64,000 nt of DNA from Candidatus Eremiobacteria bacterium (GCA_963737065.1 CAVTRC010000001.1:1472001-1536000); one strand, 5' to 3'; numbered from the stretch's first letter, positions 29,155 through 39,390 are shown. Translations and numbers: made by a program. Notes: generated from the sequence alone by a model not told the origin.

Positions 29155-29823
29155 TTACTTCGGAAATACGACCACGCAGCGTTCCGGCTCTTCACCCTCC
29201 GACTCGGTTCGTACCGCCGAATTCTCGGCAAGCGCGATGTGGACGATCTTGCGTTCCGACGGCAGCATCGGTTCGAGCTTGACCGCTTTATTGTCGCGCG
29301 TCACGCGTTCGAGCGTGGCAAGCGCGACATTCTTCAACTGGTCCGCACGCCGCGCGCGATAGCCTTCGGCATCGATCGTATAATAACGGCGATTGTTTCG
29401 TACGCCGGCATTGATGATGTTGTTGAACACCAAATTGAGCGCTTCCAGCGTATTGCCGTGCCGTCCGATCAACATCGCGAGATCAGGACCCGTCACTTCG
29501 AGATATTCGCCCTCTTGGCGGGGGATGTAGCTGATCTCGGTATTTGTCACGCCCATGCGAGCGAGAATCTCATTGAGGAGATCGCGCGCAGGTAGCGCAT
29601 CCGGCGGGAACTCATGCTTCTCACCGCTGTGATAGGCGCCAAGCGGCGCGGCATAACGGCGCCCACCGACGTTTCCGCCACGTCGACCGCCGCCGCCACC
29701 GCCACTACCGCCGCGCCGCTGTCCGCCGCCGCCGCCCGTGCGCGTTTCGTTCTTGCCGGGAATCTGGCGGTCGCGAATGTTCGCGGGCTGTTCTTCGAAC
29801 TCGAAATCGTCTTCGTACAACAT
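29155..29823 (-). CDS. jag: Jag/EloR/KhpB RNA-binding protein (KH + R3H)
   Basis: LIGRHGNTLEAL (KH GxxG), ERKIVH (R3H), SEGEEP.R; downstream of yidC. Confidence 0.92.
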   Translation of the reverse strand: MLYEDDFEFEEQPANIRDRQIPGKNETRTGGGGGQRRGGSGGGGGGRRGGNVGGRRYAAPLGAYHSGEKHEFPPDALPARDLLNEILARMGVTNTEISYIPRQEGEYLEVTGPDLAMLIGRHGNTLEALNLVFNNIINAGVRNNRRYYTIDAEGYRARRADQLKNVALATLERVTRDNKAVKLEPMLPSERKIVHIALAENSAVRTESEGEEPERCVVVFPK

Positions 29824-30696
29824 CTAGGAATTCGCGCCTTTCGTCTTCTTCTTCACCTTATACGTCTTCGCCGCGCCCGATTGCTTCGGCGCTTTCTTCT
29901 TTGGCTTTGCGCCGTCGGTCGGAACGTTGACATCTTGCGCCGCCGGAACGTCGGTAATTGCGTGCGCGCTATCCAGGAACGACAGCGGCTCGTGATAGCG
30001 GCGCAGCAAATAGAATTGCTGGGCCATTTGGAAAATGTTCGAGGAGAACCAGTAGAGCACCATCGCGGACGGCCATTGGTACTTGAAGCCGATGAATCCA
30101 AGCATGACCGGCGAGAGGATCGACATCATCTTTTGCGTCTGCGCTTGCTGCGGATCCGTCGCCGGCATGCTGCCGAAGCGCACGCTCACGTACATCGACA
30201 GCGCGTAGAGCACGAGCAGCAGCAAATCTGCATGCGCGAGGCTTGCCGCAAAGACCGGCACGCCGAAAAGCACCGGCGAGTGCTGCGCAATAACGCTTCC
30301 AATCCACAAGAAGTCTTGATTTTCGTACTGCGACTTGTGCTGGAGCACCATATAGAAGACGCTGATGATGAACGGGTATTGTACGATCAGCGGCAAGCAC
30401 CCGGAGAGCGGATTGGCACCGGCTTCTTTATACAGTGCCATCGTTTCGCTTTGAAGTTTCTGCGGATCGTTCTTATAGCGCGTCTGCAGCTGCTTGATCC
30501 TCGGCGCAACCTTTTGCATCGCCATCATCGACTTGAACTGCTTGCTGTTCAGCGGCCAGAAGATGAGGCGAATGAGCGCGGCAAGGATGATCAAACTGAT
30601 GCCGAGACTGTGAATCGGCGTGTTGATCGCGTTGACCAGCCATGCCATGCCGTTGACGATCGGATCGAGCCAGCTGGTGGCGAGAATCAGGTGCAA
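29824..30696 (-). CDS. yidC: Membrane protein insertase YidC (short form)
   Basis: RLIFWPL, ETMALYK..GANPLSGCLP and LYW..SN motifs. Confidence 0.93.
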   Translation of the reverse strand: MHLILATSWLDPIVNGMAWLVNAINTPIHSLGISLIILAALIRLIFWPLNSKQFKSMMAMQKVAPRIKQLQTRYKNDPQKLQSETMALYKEAGANPLSGCLPLIVQYPFIISVFYMVLQHKSQYENQDFLWIGSVIAQHSPVLFGVPVFAASLAHADLLLLVLYALSMYVSVRFGSMPATDPQQAQTQKMMSILSPVMLGFIGFKYQWPSAMVLYWFSSNIFQMAQQFYLLRRYHEPLSFLDSAHAITDVPAAQDVNVPTDGAKPKKKAPKQSGAAKTYKVKKKTKGANS

Positions 30697-30699
30697 CGC

Positions 30700-30936
30700 T
30701 TACCTTTCCAAGTGAGAGCACACAGTTGCCGGGACGAAATCCACGCCGCCGGGGTGCCCTGGGTGACAGCGAGCGATGCGCCGGAGTGTCAGCCACGTTC
30801 CGCGCAGCGTTCCAAATCGTTGAATGGATTCGACCGCGTACTGAGAGCAGCTCGGATAGAACCGGCAATGCGGTCCCAGCAGAGGCGAGATCGCGATCTG
30901 ATAGACACGAATCGGAAGCATGAAGAAATAGCGCAC
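30700..30936 (-). CDS. yidD: Membrane protein insertion efficiency factor YidD
   Basis: YQ.AISP...[10 protein letters not shown]...RIARCHP.HPGG.D; GTG start at 30936. Confidence 0.93.
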   Translation of the reverse strand: MRYFFMLPIRVYQIAISPLLGPHCRFYPSCSQYAVESIQRFGTLRGTWLTLRRIARCHPGHPGGVDFVPATVCSHLER

Positions 30937-30946
30937 GGTTCTTGCC

Positions 30947-31264
30947 CTATACCAATGCCCGCTCGAGATCGTTTCGCAACTGAGCAAAGGGCGTCGTGGC
31001 GGCGGCGGGCCGCGCGACGACGAGCAGACGCAGGCGGCGCTCTTTGAGCGCTCCGCGCAAAATCGCCGCCACGCGGCGGCGAACGGTGTTCCGGACGACG
31101 GCCCCTCCGACGGGCTTGCCGACCGTGATGCCGACCACCGAAGTGGTGTCCTTCGGGAGCGGATCGGCACGGTAAACGGTCAAGGCTGCGGTGGCGATAC
31201 GCCGGCCGCGCTGACGCAGTCGATTGAATTCCCAACTGCGACGCAGGCTGGCATAAGCGCGCAT
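30947..31264 (-). CDS. rnpA: Ribonuclease P protein component
   Basis: [20 protein letters not shown] (RNR-like motif); start overlaps the rpmH stop. Confidence 0.9.
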   Translation of the reverse strand: MRAYASLRRSWEFNRLRQRGRRIATAALTVYRADPLPKDTTSVVGITVGKPVGGAVVRNTVRRRVAAILRGALKERRLRLLVVARPAAATTPFAQLRNDLERALV

Positions 31265-31398
31265 CAGACGGTCAGGCGGTGACGCCCCTTCTTGCGACGG
31301 CGCGACAAGACAGCCCGGCCGTTCTTCGTGGACATCCGCTCGAGGAAGCCGTGCACGCGTTTGCGCCGGCGGTTGTGCGGCTGAAATGTCCGCTTCAT
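31264..31398 (-). CDS. rpmH: 50S ribosomal protein L34 (not in the ORF track)
   Basis: Manual translation [44 protein letters not shown]. Confidence 0.97.
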   Translation of the reverse strand: MKRTFQPHNRRRKRVHGFLERMSTKNGRAVLSRRRKKGRHRLTV

Positions 31399-31852
31399 AG
31401 CTTGCTCTACTCTCCAAGGCAAAAATGGCCGCCACTCGGCGGCACACAGCCCCTAAGTATAGGGTCCGGCGCTCGGGGGCGTCAAGGCGACATCGTAACA
31501 CCACGTTACAATTTGCATTTGCCGGCGGGGTGATAGGGATTTCCACACCTGTGGACAGGCCTGTGGACAACCTCAGCGCGCGACCATCCGCGAGCATCGA
31601 AAAATCGGCATGAAACCGGGCTTTTTCGCGCGTGTCAAGTATCCCGCGAAGGCTGCGCAAATTGCGTAAAAACACCGTAAAACTCGATAAAAATGCACTG
31701 TGGATAAGTGGATAAATTCTGCTCCAAAAACCGCAGGAGAGAGGCCCCATTAAGCCAACCGAAAGCGTCCTCACGGGACCCCAGGAGGGGGCGGCGGGAT
31801 GCGGCGCTTCATGGTGGTCCGAGCTACTTTTTGGTCGATGGGGACACAGAGG
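31399..31852. promoter_or_regulatory. oriC part 1 / rpmH-dnaA divergent promoter region with DnaA boxes
   Basis: TGTGGATAA 31699-31707 (perfect), AGTGGATAA 31707-31715, TGTGGACAA 31562-31570, TGTGGACAG 31550-31558, ATTTCCACA 31539-31547. Confidence 0.85.
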
Positions 31853-33220
31853 ATGGCGCTTGCGGTTGGCAACTCCGACATCTCAAACGAGCTGTGGAAT
31901 TCCGCCCTGGAGGCACTCGAACGGAAGTTTTCCAAGCCAATTTTCGAGATGTGGATCAAACCGATCCGACTGGTCTCGATGCACGGCGGGGAACTGCTGC
32001 TTTCGGTTCAGAGTAACTTCGCGCGCGACTGGGTCGAGAATCGCCTGAAGGGTCAGATCGCCGACGTGCTGACCGAAGTCTTCGGCGCGCGCTGCGAACT
32101 CCGGTTTACGGTTGCCGAAGCGGAAGCGCCGCCGCAAGCAACCCAAGCAGGCCCGACCGCGGCGGCGCCGACCCGCGCGCATGAAGAACTGCGCAGTTCC
32201 AACCTGAACTCCCGCTATACATTCCAAGAGTTCGTCGTCGGCAATTCCAATCGATTTGCGCACGCCGCCGCGCAAGCCGTTGCCTGCGCGCCCGCGCGAG
32301 CATACAATCCGCTGTTTCTCTACGGCGGCGTCGGACTGGGCAAGACGCACTTGATGCACGCGATCGGTCATCGCGTATTGCTGGACACTACGAGCGCAAA
32401 CGTGGTGTATGTCACCTGCGAAAAGTTCACGAACGAATTCATCATCGCACTCCAAAACAACCGTACGCCGGAATTTCGCAACCGCTACCGGCAAGTGGAC
32501 GTTTTGCTGATCGATGACATTCAGTTTTTAGCCGGCAAAGAGACGACGCAAGAAGAGTTCTTCCACACGTTCAACGCGCTGCACGAATCCGGCCGGCAGC
32601 TGATCATCAGCTCGGACCGCCCGCCGAAAGAAATTCAAACGCTCGAATCGCGCTTACGCTCGCGTTTCGAGTGGGGGTTGTTGACGGACATTCAAGCACC
32701 CGACATCGAAACGCGTGAAGCTATTCTTCGCAAGAAAGCGGAGAGCGAGAAGATCCCGGTACCCGACGAAGTGACGTCGTTCATCGCGAAAGTCATTCCG
32801 TCGAACATCCGTGAACTCGAGGGCGCGCTGATCCGTGTCGTCGCGTACGCGTCGCTCACGAAGTCGCCGATCACACTGGATCTCGCTGCCGAAGTGTTGA
32901 AAAGCGCGGTGGCGCAAGCGCCGCTGCAGCGCATTACGATTTTAAAGATCAAGGAGACGGTTGCGAGCGCGCACGGCCTCACGGTAAAGGAAATGGACAA
33001 CGGCCGTCGCGACCAACGTCTGGCGGCACCGCGACAAATCGCAATGTACATTGCGACGGAGCTTACGAATTATTCGCTCCCGCAAATTGCGCGTGATTTC
33101 GGCAAGAAAGATCACACGACGGTCATGTACGCGCGCGACAAGATCAAAGACCAGATACAACGCGACGAAGTGTATCGCAACAAGATCCGCCAACTCGTCG
33201 CGATGTGCCAAAACCCTTAG
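31853..33220 (+). CDS. dnaA: Chromosomal replication initiator DnaA
   Basis: YNPLFLYGGVGLGKTHL, LLIDDIQF, QEEFFHTFN, SNIRELEGAL and DHTTV motifs. Confidence 0.98.
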   Translation: MALAVGNSDISNELWNSALEALERKFSKPIFEMWIKPIRLVSMHGGELLLSVQSNFARDWVENRLKGQIADVLTEVFGARCELRFTVAEAEAPPQATQAGPTAAAPTRAHEELRSSNLNSRYTFQEFVVGNSNRFAHAAAQAVACAPARAYNPLFLYGGVGLGKTHLMHAIGHRVLLDTTSANVVYVTCEKFTNEFIIALQNNRTPEFRNRYRQVDVLLIDDIQFLAGKETTQEEFFHTFNALHESGRQLIISSDRPPKEIQTLESRLRSRFEWGLLTDIQAPDIETREAILRKKAESEKIPVPDEVTSFIAKVIPSNIRELEGALIRVVAYASLTKSPITLDLAAEVLKSAVAQAPLQRITILKIKETVASAHGLTVKEMDNGRRDQRLAAPRQIAMYIATELTNYSLPQIARDFGKKDHTTVMYARDKIKDQIQRDEVYRNKIRQLVAMCQNP

Positions 33221-33561
33221 TGCCCCACACCGTCGCTCGTGTGTCACGGTCCGCGTGAAATCGCCGGGCCGTTTTTCTTTTATCGTCAGCGCATCCGCGG
33301 ATGTGCGCGAACCGCCGCGGGTTCGGTTCCACGGAACCGTGCACAAGGTTGAGCCTTTGTGCGTGGATAACTGCACCGGGGCCGAAGACGGTGGTTATGT
33401 GTATCCGCGGGCGGCCGGCGTGCACAGCTTATTCCAAGCGGAAACCCGCATGGAAACAAGCAAAAATCGACTTATCCGCGAATTACACCGCACTACTACT
33501 GTTACGGCGATATTAGCTAATTCTTACCCGGAAGTTACGCGAGCGGAGCATCGGTGGAGTC
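33221..33561. promoter_or_regulatory. oriC part 2 (dnaA-dnaN) with degenerate DnaA boxes, DnaA-trios and AT-rich tract
   Basis: CGTGGATAA 33362-33370; TTATCCGCG 33472-33480 then AATTACACCGCA and CTACTACTGTTA 33493-33504, then TATTAGCTAATTCTTA. Confidence 0.75.
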
Positions 33562-34677
33562 ATGAAGTTCACCTGTAACACGAAGGCGATCGCAAGTGCG
33601 GTCGGCGCAGCCAGCAAGGTGGTCAATGCACACACGACGGTACCCATACTCTCGAACGTGCTGTTGCAGGCCGACGGCGACAAAATTTCCGTCCGCGCCA
33701 CCGATCTGGAGCTAACGCTGGAACACGCGTTCCAGGCGGAGATCAGCGAAGGCGGCTCGGTGACGGTTCCGGCCAAATTGTTTTCGAGCTACCTTGGAAA
33801 CTTGCCGGCAGGCCTGCTCGAACTCAACGGGACGCCGACGCGTGCCTCCGTCAAATGCGAACGCAGCAACTACGACTTCCACGCGCTGCCGGCCGACGAA
33901 TATCCGCCTCTTCCGGCGGCCACCAAAGGTTCGCACTTCACGATCGGCGCAAAGCGCTTTCGCGACGGCATCGATGCGACGATCTTTGCAGCATCGAGCG
34001 AAGAAGCGCGTGGCGCGGTGCTGATGGGCACGCTGCTCGAGATCGAGGGCAACAACCTCACGATGGTCGCAACCGACGGCTATCGCCTCGCAAAGTATCA
34101 AACCATGCTCGACGACGGCATCACCGGCGCCGAGAAGTACATCGTTCCGTCGCGTGCGCTCGCCGAAGCCGCCCGTAACCTCGGCGGCGGCGACCAAATC
34201 GCGGTGAGCGCGCTCGGCGCGCAATCCAACCAATTGCAGATGACGGCCGCCGATACGTCGATCACCGTTCGCCTCGTCGACGGGCAGTATCCGAACTATC
34301 AGCAAGTCATTCCGTCGAAGTTCGACCGTAGCGTCACGGTGAACACGCAGTCGCTCATTGGAAGCCTTCGCCGCGCCGAGCTGGTCGCCGGCGACCGCGC
34401 GAGCATGGTGAAGCTTTCGGTCGGGAATCAAACGCTGGTCGTGACGGCAAGTTCGGACGTCTCCGGCAACGCCTACGAAGAAATCGAAGTCGAACAGACC
34501 GGCGACGATCTCTCGATCGCGTTTAACGCGCGCTACCTCGTCGAGATCTTGAATCACGTCAAAAGCGCGCAGACCGTCATTGAGTTTCTCGGCCCATTAT
34601 CGCCGGCCGCAATCCGCCCCGTCGAACCGCCAGAAGGCGCGCAGCAACTCTACGTGTTGATGCCGCTGCGGCAATGA
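33562..34677 (+). CDS. dnaN: DNA polymerase III beta clamp
   Basis: PILSNVLL, ATDLE, ATDGYRL, G.YPNY, FNARYL and LMP motifs. Confidence 0.97.
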   Translation: MKFTCNTKAIASAVGAASKVVNAHTTVPILSNVLLQADGDKISVRATDLELTLEHAFQAEISEGGSVTVPAKLFSSYLGNLPAGLLELNGTPTRASVKCERSNYDFHALPADEYPPLPAATKGSHFTIGAKRFRDGIDATIFAASSEEARGAVLMGTLLEIEGNNLTMVATDGYRLAKYQTMLDDGITGAEKYIVPSRALAEAARNLGGGDQIAVSALGAQSNQLQMTAADTSITVRLVDGQYPNYQQVIPSKFDRSVTVNTQSLIGSLRRAELVAGDRASMVKLSVGNQTLVVTASSDVSGNAYEEIEVEQTGDDLSIAFNARYLVEILNHVKSAQTVIEFLGPLSPAAIRPVEPPEGAQQLYVLMPLRQ

Positions 34678-34697
34678 TCCGCGCTCGCCATAAGATG

Positions 34698-34728
34698 AGC
34701 GCCGCCGTCCGCACGGTGGCGCTTTTTA
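34698..34728 (+). terminator. Intrinsic terminator after dnaN
   Basis: AGCGCCGCCGT-ccgc-ACGGTGGCGCT followed by TTTT. Confidence 0.75.
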
Positions 34729-34793
34729 CTGCGAGCGTCGCGCAAGCGCAGACACCTTTCCAGTCAGCGGTTCGCTCTGAATGATACCGTAGC

Positions 34794-35918
34794 GTGCAAC
34801 TAACTCGCGTTCGACTGAGCAACTTTCGTAACTACGTTGAGCTGGATCTCGATCCGGCGCCGGGATTGAACGTATTCGTTGGTCAGAATGCGCAGGGCAA
34901 GAGTAATCTGCTCGAAGCGATTGCCATGCTCGGCACGGGAAAGTCGTTTAGGACTTCGCGTGACGTCGATCTTGTTCGCGAGGGATTGGAGGTTGCGGTT
35001 GTCGCGGGCGATGCGAAGATTCGGGCGGGTATCGTTCACCTCGCGTGCAACATCGCAATGGCGGGACGGGCAATGCGCAAGCAATATACGATCAACGGCC
35101 AAGGCGTACGGTACGCGCGATTCCTCGGCAGTATCCGCGTCGTCACATTCGTTCCGGCCCATTTGCAACTCGTCGGAGGCCCGCCATCACTACGCCGCGC
35201 GCTGATCAACATCGCCTTGGCGCAAGAAGATCGTCAGTATTACCACGAGCTTTCGCGATACCAGAAAGCGGTGCAGCAAAAATCAGCGATGCTGCGCGGC
35301 AATGTCGGTTTCGACCCCGAGTTGCTCGCGATCTACGACAATACGCTCGTCGAAGCGGGCACGTATTTGATGCTCACGCGCAATCACTTCATCACGCAAC
35401 TAGCACGCGAATCGGAGCGCACCCATGCCGAGTGGACGCACGGCGCCGAAACGCTACGCGTCAGTTACGCGCCGAACGTGCCGTTCGAAGCGCCGACCGC
35501 GGATACGGTCGCCGGTGCGCTCGATGCGCGGCTCAAGGCCGTCGCGGAACAAGAGCGAATGCGGAAGATGGCGCTTGCGGGACCGCATCGCGATGATCTC
35601 GCGCTGGAACTCGATGGCCGCTCGTTAGCGGCGTATGGATCGCAGGGCCAGCAAAGGACAGCGGTGCTTGCGCTAAAGGTTGCCGAATATAGTGTGATGC
35701 GCGATCGCGCCAATGAAGCGCCGTTATTATTGCTCGACGACGTGCTCTCGGAACTCGACCAAGAGCGCGCGGGCGCATTTCTCGCCGGCGTCGGCGCGCT
35801 TCGGCAAGCGCACGACGACACGGTGCAGGCGTTTGTCACAGCGACGCATCTGCCGGAGAATTTGCCCGAAAGCGCCCGTGTGTATACGATCGAACGCGCA
35901 ACGGTCGCGTTGTGCTAA
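34794..35918 (+). CDS. recF: DNA replication/repair protein RecF
   Basis: NFRNY, GQNAQGKSNLLEAI, GPHRDD, GSQGQQR and LLLDDVLSELD motifs. Confidence 0.97.
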   Translation: MQLTRVRLSNFRNYVELDLDPAPGLNVFVGQNAQGKSNLLEAIAMLGTGKSFRTSRDVDLVREGLEVAVVAGDAKIRAGIVHLACNIAMAGRAMRKQYTINGQGVRYARFLGSIRVVTFVPAHLQLVGGPPSLRRALINIALAQEDRQYYHELSRYQKAVQQKSAMLRGNVGFDPELLAIYDNTLVEAGTYLMLTRNHFITQLARESERTHAEWTHGAETLRVSYAPNVPFEAPTADTVAGALDARLKAVAEQERMRKMALAGPHRDDLALELDGRSLAAYGSQGQQRTAVLALKVAEYSVMRDRANEAPLLLLDDVLSELDQERAGAFLAGVGALRQAHDDTVQAFVTATHLPENLPESARVYTIERATVALC

Positions 35919-36760
35919 AACTTCGCGAAGCACTCGGCGGCTGGACTCCCGGAGAACGCAGCGGCGCGCAAGCGACCGACCCGCTCGTGTTGCTTGGCGC
36001 AGCATGGTCCGAGATCGTCGGCGAGGCGAACGCACGCAAGTCGCATCCGAGTAAAATCGAAGGCGACACGCTCGTGATTAAAACCGCGGGCAGCGGCTGG
36101 AGCCACGCGCTCAGCTGCGAATCGTCGCAAATCGTCGCCGCGATTCGTTCACGAGTGCCGAAGGCGAAGGTCGAAAAGTTGCGTTTCCGCATCGGTGCGA
36201 TCACTCCGCCCGGCAGCCTTTCCGCTTCGAAACGTGTTAAGGGAAAGGCGGTGACACGCGAATCGCGTGCGCCGGCCGCCGATGCTCGTGAGGCATTGGC
36301 GCGGCTGCGCAGCGACGTTGAGGCCTCAGAGCGGGCGAAACGCGCGCGCGCGTGGAAAGAATGCGCAGGCTGCACCGCCTTGATCGTGCCTGAATCCGGC
36401 CCGTTTTGCGTTACCTGCGACATTGTGCGCAATGACGAACGGGAACGTCTCGTATCACGGCTTCTCTTTGAAGCACCGTGGCTCGGGTTTGCCGGAACCT
36501 CGAGCTTGATCGAGGACCTGACCCATGATGAGTACGAGGGCATCCGCCGGCGCCTCTTGACGCGATGGTGGGAAAGGCTCTCGCGCGCGCGTCTGGCCGG
36601 GAAACTTTCACGCGATCGATCGGAACGACTGATCGCGAGTTCCTACGTCTTGTTGAAGAGCGAACTCGCACCAGAACGAATTGATCCCGCGACGGTGCGC
36701 AATATGCTCGGCGACGAGCTGCACGCTCTCATTTACGGAACGGAACAGTTAGAAAAGTAA
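35912..36760 (+). CDS. dciA: DciA/DUF721 family protein with C-terminal CxxC..CxxC extension
   Basis: W.EIVG....KSHP..IEGDTL.I.....WSH.L pattern; recF-X-gyrB position. Confidence 0.75.
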   Translation: MLKLREALGGWTPGERSGAQATDPLVLLGAAWSEIVGEANARKSHPSKIEGDTLVIKTAGSGWSHALSCESSQIVAAIRSRVPKAKVEKLRFRIGAITPPGSLSASKRVKGKAVTRESRAPAADAREALARLRSDVEASERAKRARAWKECAGCTALIVPESGPFCVTCDIVRNDERERLVSRLLFEAPWLGFAGTSSLIEDLTHDEYEGIRRRLLTRWWERLSRARLAGKLSRDRSERLIASSYVLLKSELAPERIDPATVRNMLGDELHALIYGTEQLEK

Positions 36761-38658
36761 TGTCAAGCGGTTATAGCGGCGAACACATCGAGGTCCTCAA
36801 GGGGCTCGAGGCCGTTCGCAAACGCCCCGGCATGTACATCGGGAATACGTCGGAGCGCGGTTTGCATCAGCTCGTGTACGAAGCAGTCGACAACGGCGTC
36901 GACGAAGCGCTCGCAGGTTATGCGAAAAACCTGATGGTCACGATCTACAAAGACGGCTCGTGTTCCGTCGAAGACGACGGTCGCGGCATTCCTGTCGACA
37001 TGCATGCGGAAGAGAAGCTGCCGGCTGTTGAGGTCGTCATGACGATTCTGCATGCGGGCGGCAAATTCGGCAAAGGCGGATACAAAGTGTCGGGCGGCTT
37101 GCACGGCGTCGGTATTTCGGTCGTGAACGCGCTCTCGGAGTGGATGATCACGCGCGTCAAGCGCGACGGCAACGTCTACGAGATGAAATTCGAGCGCGGC
37201 ATGACCGTACAGAAGCTGAAGAAAAGCGGCAGGACCGACGAAACGGGCACGTTCCAATGGTGGAAGCCGGATACCGACGTGTTCGAAACGCTCGAGCTGC
37301 ACTGGGACATTCTTCAAAAGCGTTTACGCGAACTGGCATTTTTGAATCGCGGGCTCTCGATCACGTTACGCGACGAACGTCCCGAACAAGTGCGCGAGCG
37401 CACGTACAAGTTCGACGGCGGCATCGTGTCCTTCGTGGAGTATCTCAACGAGAAAAAAGACCCGCTGCATCCGATCATTACGACGCATGCGGAGCGGGAC
37501 GGCGTCGACGTTGAAGTCGCGATGCAGTACACGGATACGTACTCCGAGCAAATTTTCAGCTACGCGAACAACATCAACACGATCGAAGGCGGCATGCATC
37601 TCCAAGGCTTTCGCCAAGCGGTGACGCAAGCGGTCAACAGCTATGCCAAGAAAAAAGGCATGCTCAAAGAATCTGATGGATCGCTTTCCACCGACGACAT
37701 CATGGAAGGCCTCACCGCGGTGGTTTCCGTGAAGTTGCAAGAACCGCAATTCGAGGGGCAAACGAAGACGAAGCTCGGCAATGCCCGCGTGCGCAGTATC
37801 GTGTACGGCCTCGTGAACGAGCGGCTCGATTTTTTCTTCGAAGAGAACCCCAAACAGGCGCGCGTCATCATCGACAAATGCATGCAGGCGCAACGGGCGC
37901 GCGAAGCCGCAAAGAAAGCGCGCGATCTTTCGCGCCGCAAGAACGCGCTCGAAGGGTCGGGTCTCCCGGGCAAACTCGTCGACTGCAAGAACACGAATCC
38001 GTCGGAAAGCGAAATCTTTTTGGTCGAAGGCGATTCAGCCGGCGGTACGGCAAAGGGCGGACGCGATCCGAACACGCAAGCGATTCTGCCGCTGCGCGGC
38101 AAGATTCTCAACGTCGAAAAGGCGCGCCTCGACAAAGTGCTTTCCAACGAAGAGATTCGCACGATGATCACGGCGTTCGGCACCGGCTTCGGCGATGAAT
38201 TCGACCTTGCCAAGCTGCGCTACCACAAGATCATCATCATGACCGACGCGGACGTCGACGGATCGCACATCCGCACGCTGCTGCTGACGTTCTTCTACCG
38301 GCAAATGAAGCCGCTCGTCGAAGGAGGCCACGTCTTCATCGCACAGCCGCCGCTCTACGGCGTGAAGCGCGGCAAGAAGCAGTGGTGGGCGTTCAGCGAC
38401 GGCGATCTCAAATCGATCGTCGGCGACGGCGATCTCAAAGACTTCCAAGTTCAACAGTACAAGGGTTTGGGCGAAATGGACGCCGAGCAGCTTGCCGAGA
38501 CGACGATGGAAATGGGACACCGGCGGCTGAAACAGATCACCGTTGAAGACGCGGTCGAAGCCGAACGAATCTTCACCGACCTGATGGGCGACAAAGTGGA
38601 ACCCCGCAAACAATACATCTTCGACTACGCGAAGTCGGTGAAAAACCTCGACCTCTAG
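36760..38658 (+). CDS. gyrB: DNA gyrase subunit B
   Basis: [39 protein letters not shown] and YKGLGEM motifs. Confidence 0.97.
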   Translation: MSSGYSGEHIEVLKGLEAVRKRPGMYIGNTSERGLHQLVYEAVDNGVDEALAGYAKNLMVTIYKDGSCSVEDDGRGIPVDMHAEEKLPAVEVVMTILHAGGKFGKGGYKVSGGLHGVGISVVNALSEWMITRVKRDGNVYEMKFERGMTVQKLKKSGRTDETGTFQWWKPDTDVFETLELHWDILQKRLRELAFLNRGLSITLRDERPEQVRERTYKFDGGIVSFVEYLNEKKDPLHPIITTHAERDGVDVEVAMQYTDTYSEQIFSYANNINTIEGGMHLQGFRQAVTQAVNSYAKKKGMLKESDGSLSTDDIMEGLTAVVSVKLQEPQFEGQTKTKLGNARVRSIVYGLVNERLDFFFEENPKQARVIIDKCMQAQRAREAAKKARDLSRRKNALEGSGLPGKLVDCKNTNPSESEIFLVEGDSAGGTAKGGRDPNTQAILPLRGKILNVEKARLDKVLSNEEIRTMITAFGTGFGDEFDLAKLRYHKIIIMTDADVDGSHIRTLLLTFFYRQMKPLVEGGHVFIAQPPLYGVKRGKKQWWAFSDGDLKSIVGDGDLKDFQVQQYKGLGEMDAEQLAETTMEMGHRRLKQITVEDAVEAERIFTDLMGDKVEPRKQYIFDYAKSVKNLDL

Positions 38659-38852
38659 TCGTCTCTATCGCGCGAGCGCACCGGTCGAAAACCGGTCACA
38701 TAGCCGCTTGGCTCAGCGACGTGCAATCGGGCGAGCCGACGTGTCGGTGGAGGCCTCGGCACACACGATGAGCAGGGGTGGCCGGCTTCGCCACGCATAG
38801 CGTATTACGTTTGGCGTGTAAGGCGCGTCCCTATACGCTGAGCCGGCGCGGT

Positions 38853-39049
38853 TTGATCGTTCGCCGATTGGCGCGCGCGAAGGTGTTCGCATGCGTTCTG
38901 CGCGCGTTTGCTGCGTTGTAATGCCGCGACATCGCTAATGATCTTTCGGCCGTTCGTGCACGGCGGTTCCACAAACCTTCACCGTTCGCGAGCGACGCAT
39001 ACTCGTCGGGATACGCCGACTTACAATCACGAACCACTATAACGGCTGA
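38853..39049 (+). pseudogene. higB: Decayed HigB-like toxin gene (5' boundary uncertain)
   Basis: Fragments in different frames: NAATSL / NDLSAVRARRFHK / TITNHYNG*; final TGA overlaps the higA ATG (TGATG). Confidence 0.5.
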
Positions 39050-39366
39050 TGCGAGAAACAAGCATGAAAGTATCACGCGTTCACCCTGGTGAAGTTCTTC
39101 GAACGAATTTTCTCGAGCCACTCAACCTGAGCCAAAACCAGCTCGCGCTTGCGCTGCACGTCCCGGCAACGAGGATAAACGAAATTATCAACGGTAAGCG
39201 CAGCATCAGCGCGGAGACGGCGCTTCGGCTCGGACGCTATTTCGGGACGACGCCGGAGTTCTGGCTGAACCTTCAGGCCCGCTACAATCTCGAGGTGGCC
39301 GAAGATGCAATGGCCGAAGCTATTACCCGCGACGTTCGGCCACGTGAAAAAGCTGGAAACGCCTAA
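39049..39366 (+). CDS. higA: HigA family antitoxin (XRE HTH)
   Basis: HPGEVL..FLEPL.LSQ..LA.AL.V...RINEIINGKR.IS.ETALRL...FWLNLQ..Y. Confidence 0.93.
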   Translation: MRETSMKVSRVHPGEVLRTNFLEPLNLSQNQLALALHVPATRINEIINGKRSISAETALRLGRYFGTTPEFWLNLQARYNLEVAEDAMAEAITRDVRPREKAGNA

Positions 39367-39390
39367 GTTTCGTATCGCGTTATTGCAATA

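Noticed and set aside
29614..31047. Long antisense ORFs (also 39502-40971, 52809-53957, 54974-56176)
   Set aside because: Shadow frames of well-supported genes in high-GC DNA
30947..31774. 275-aa extended RnpA
   Set aside because: The extension runs across rpmH and the DnaA-box region; the real start is 31264
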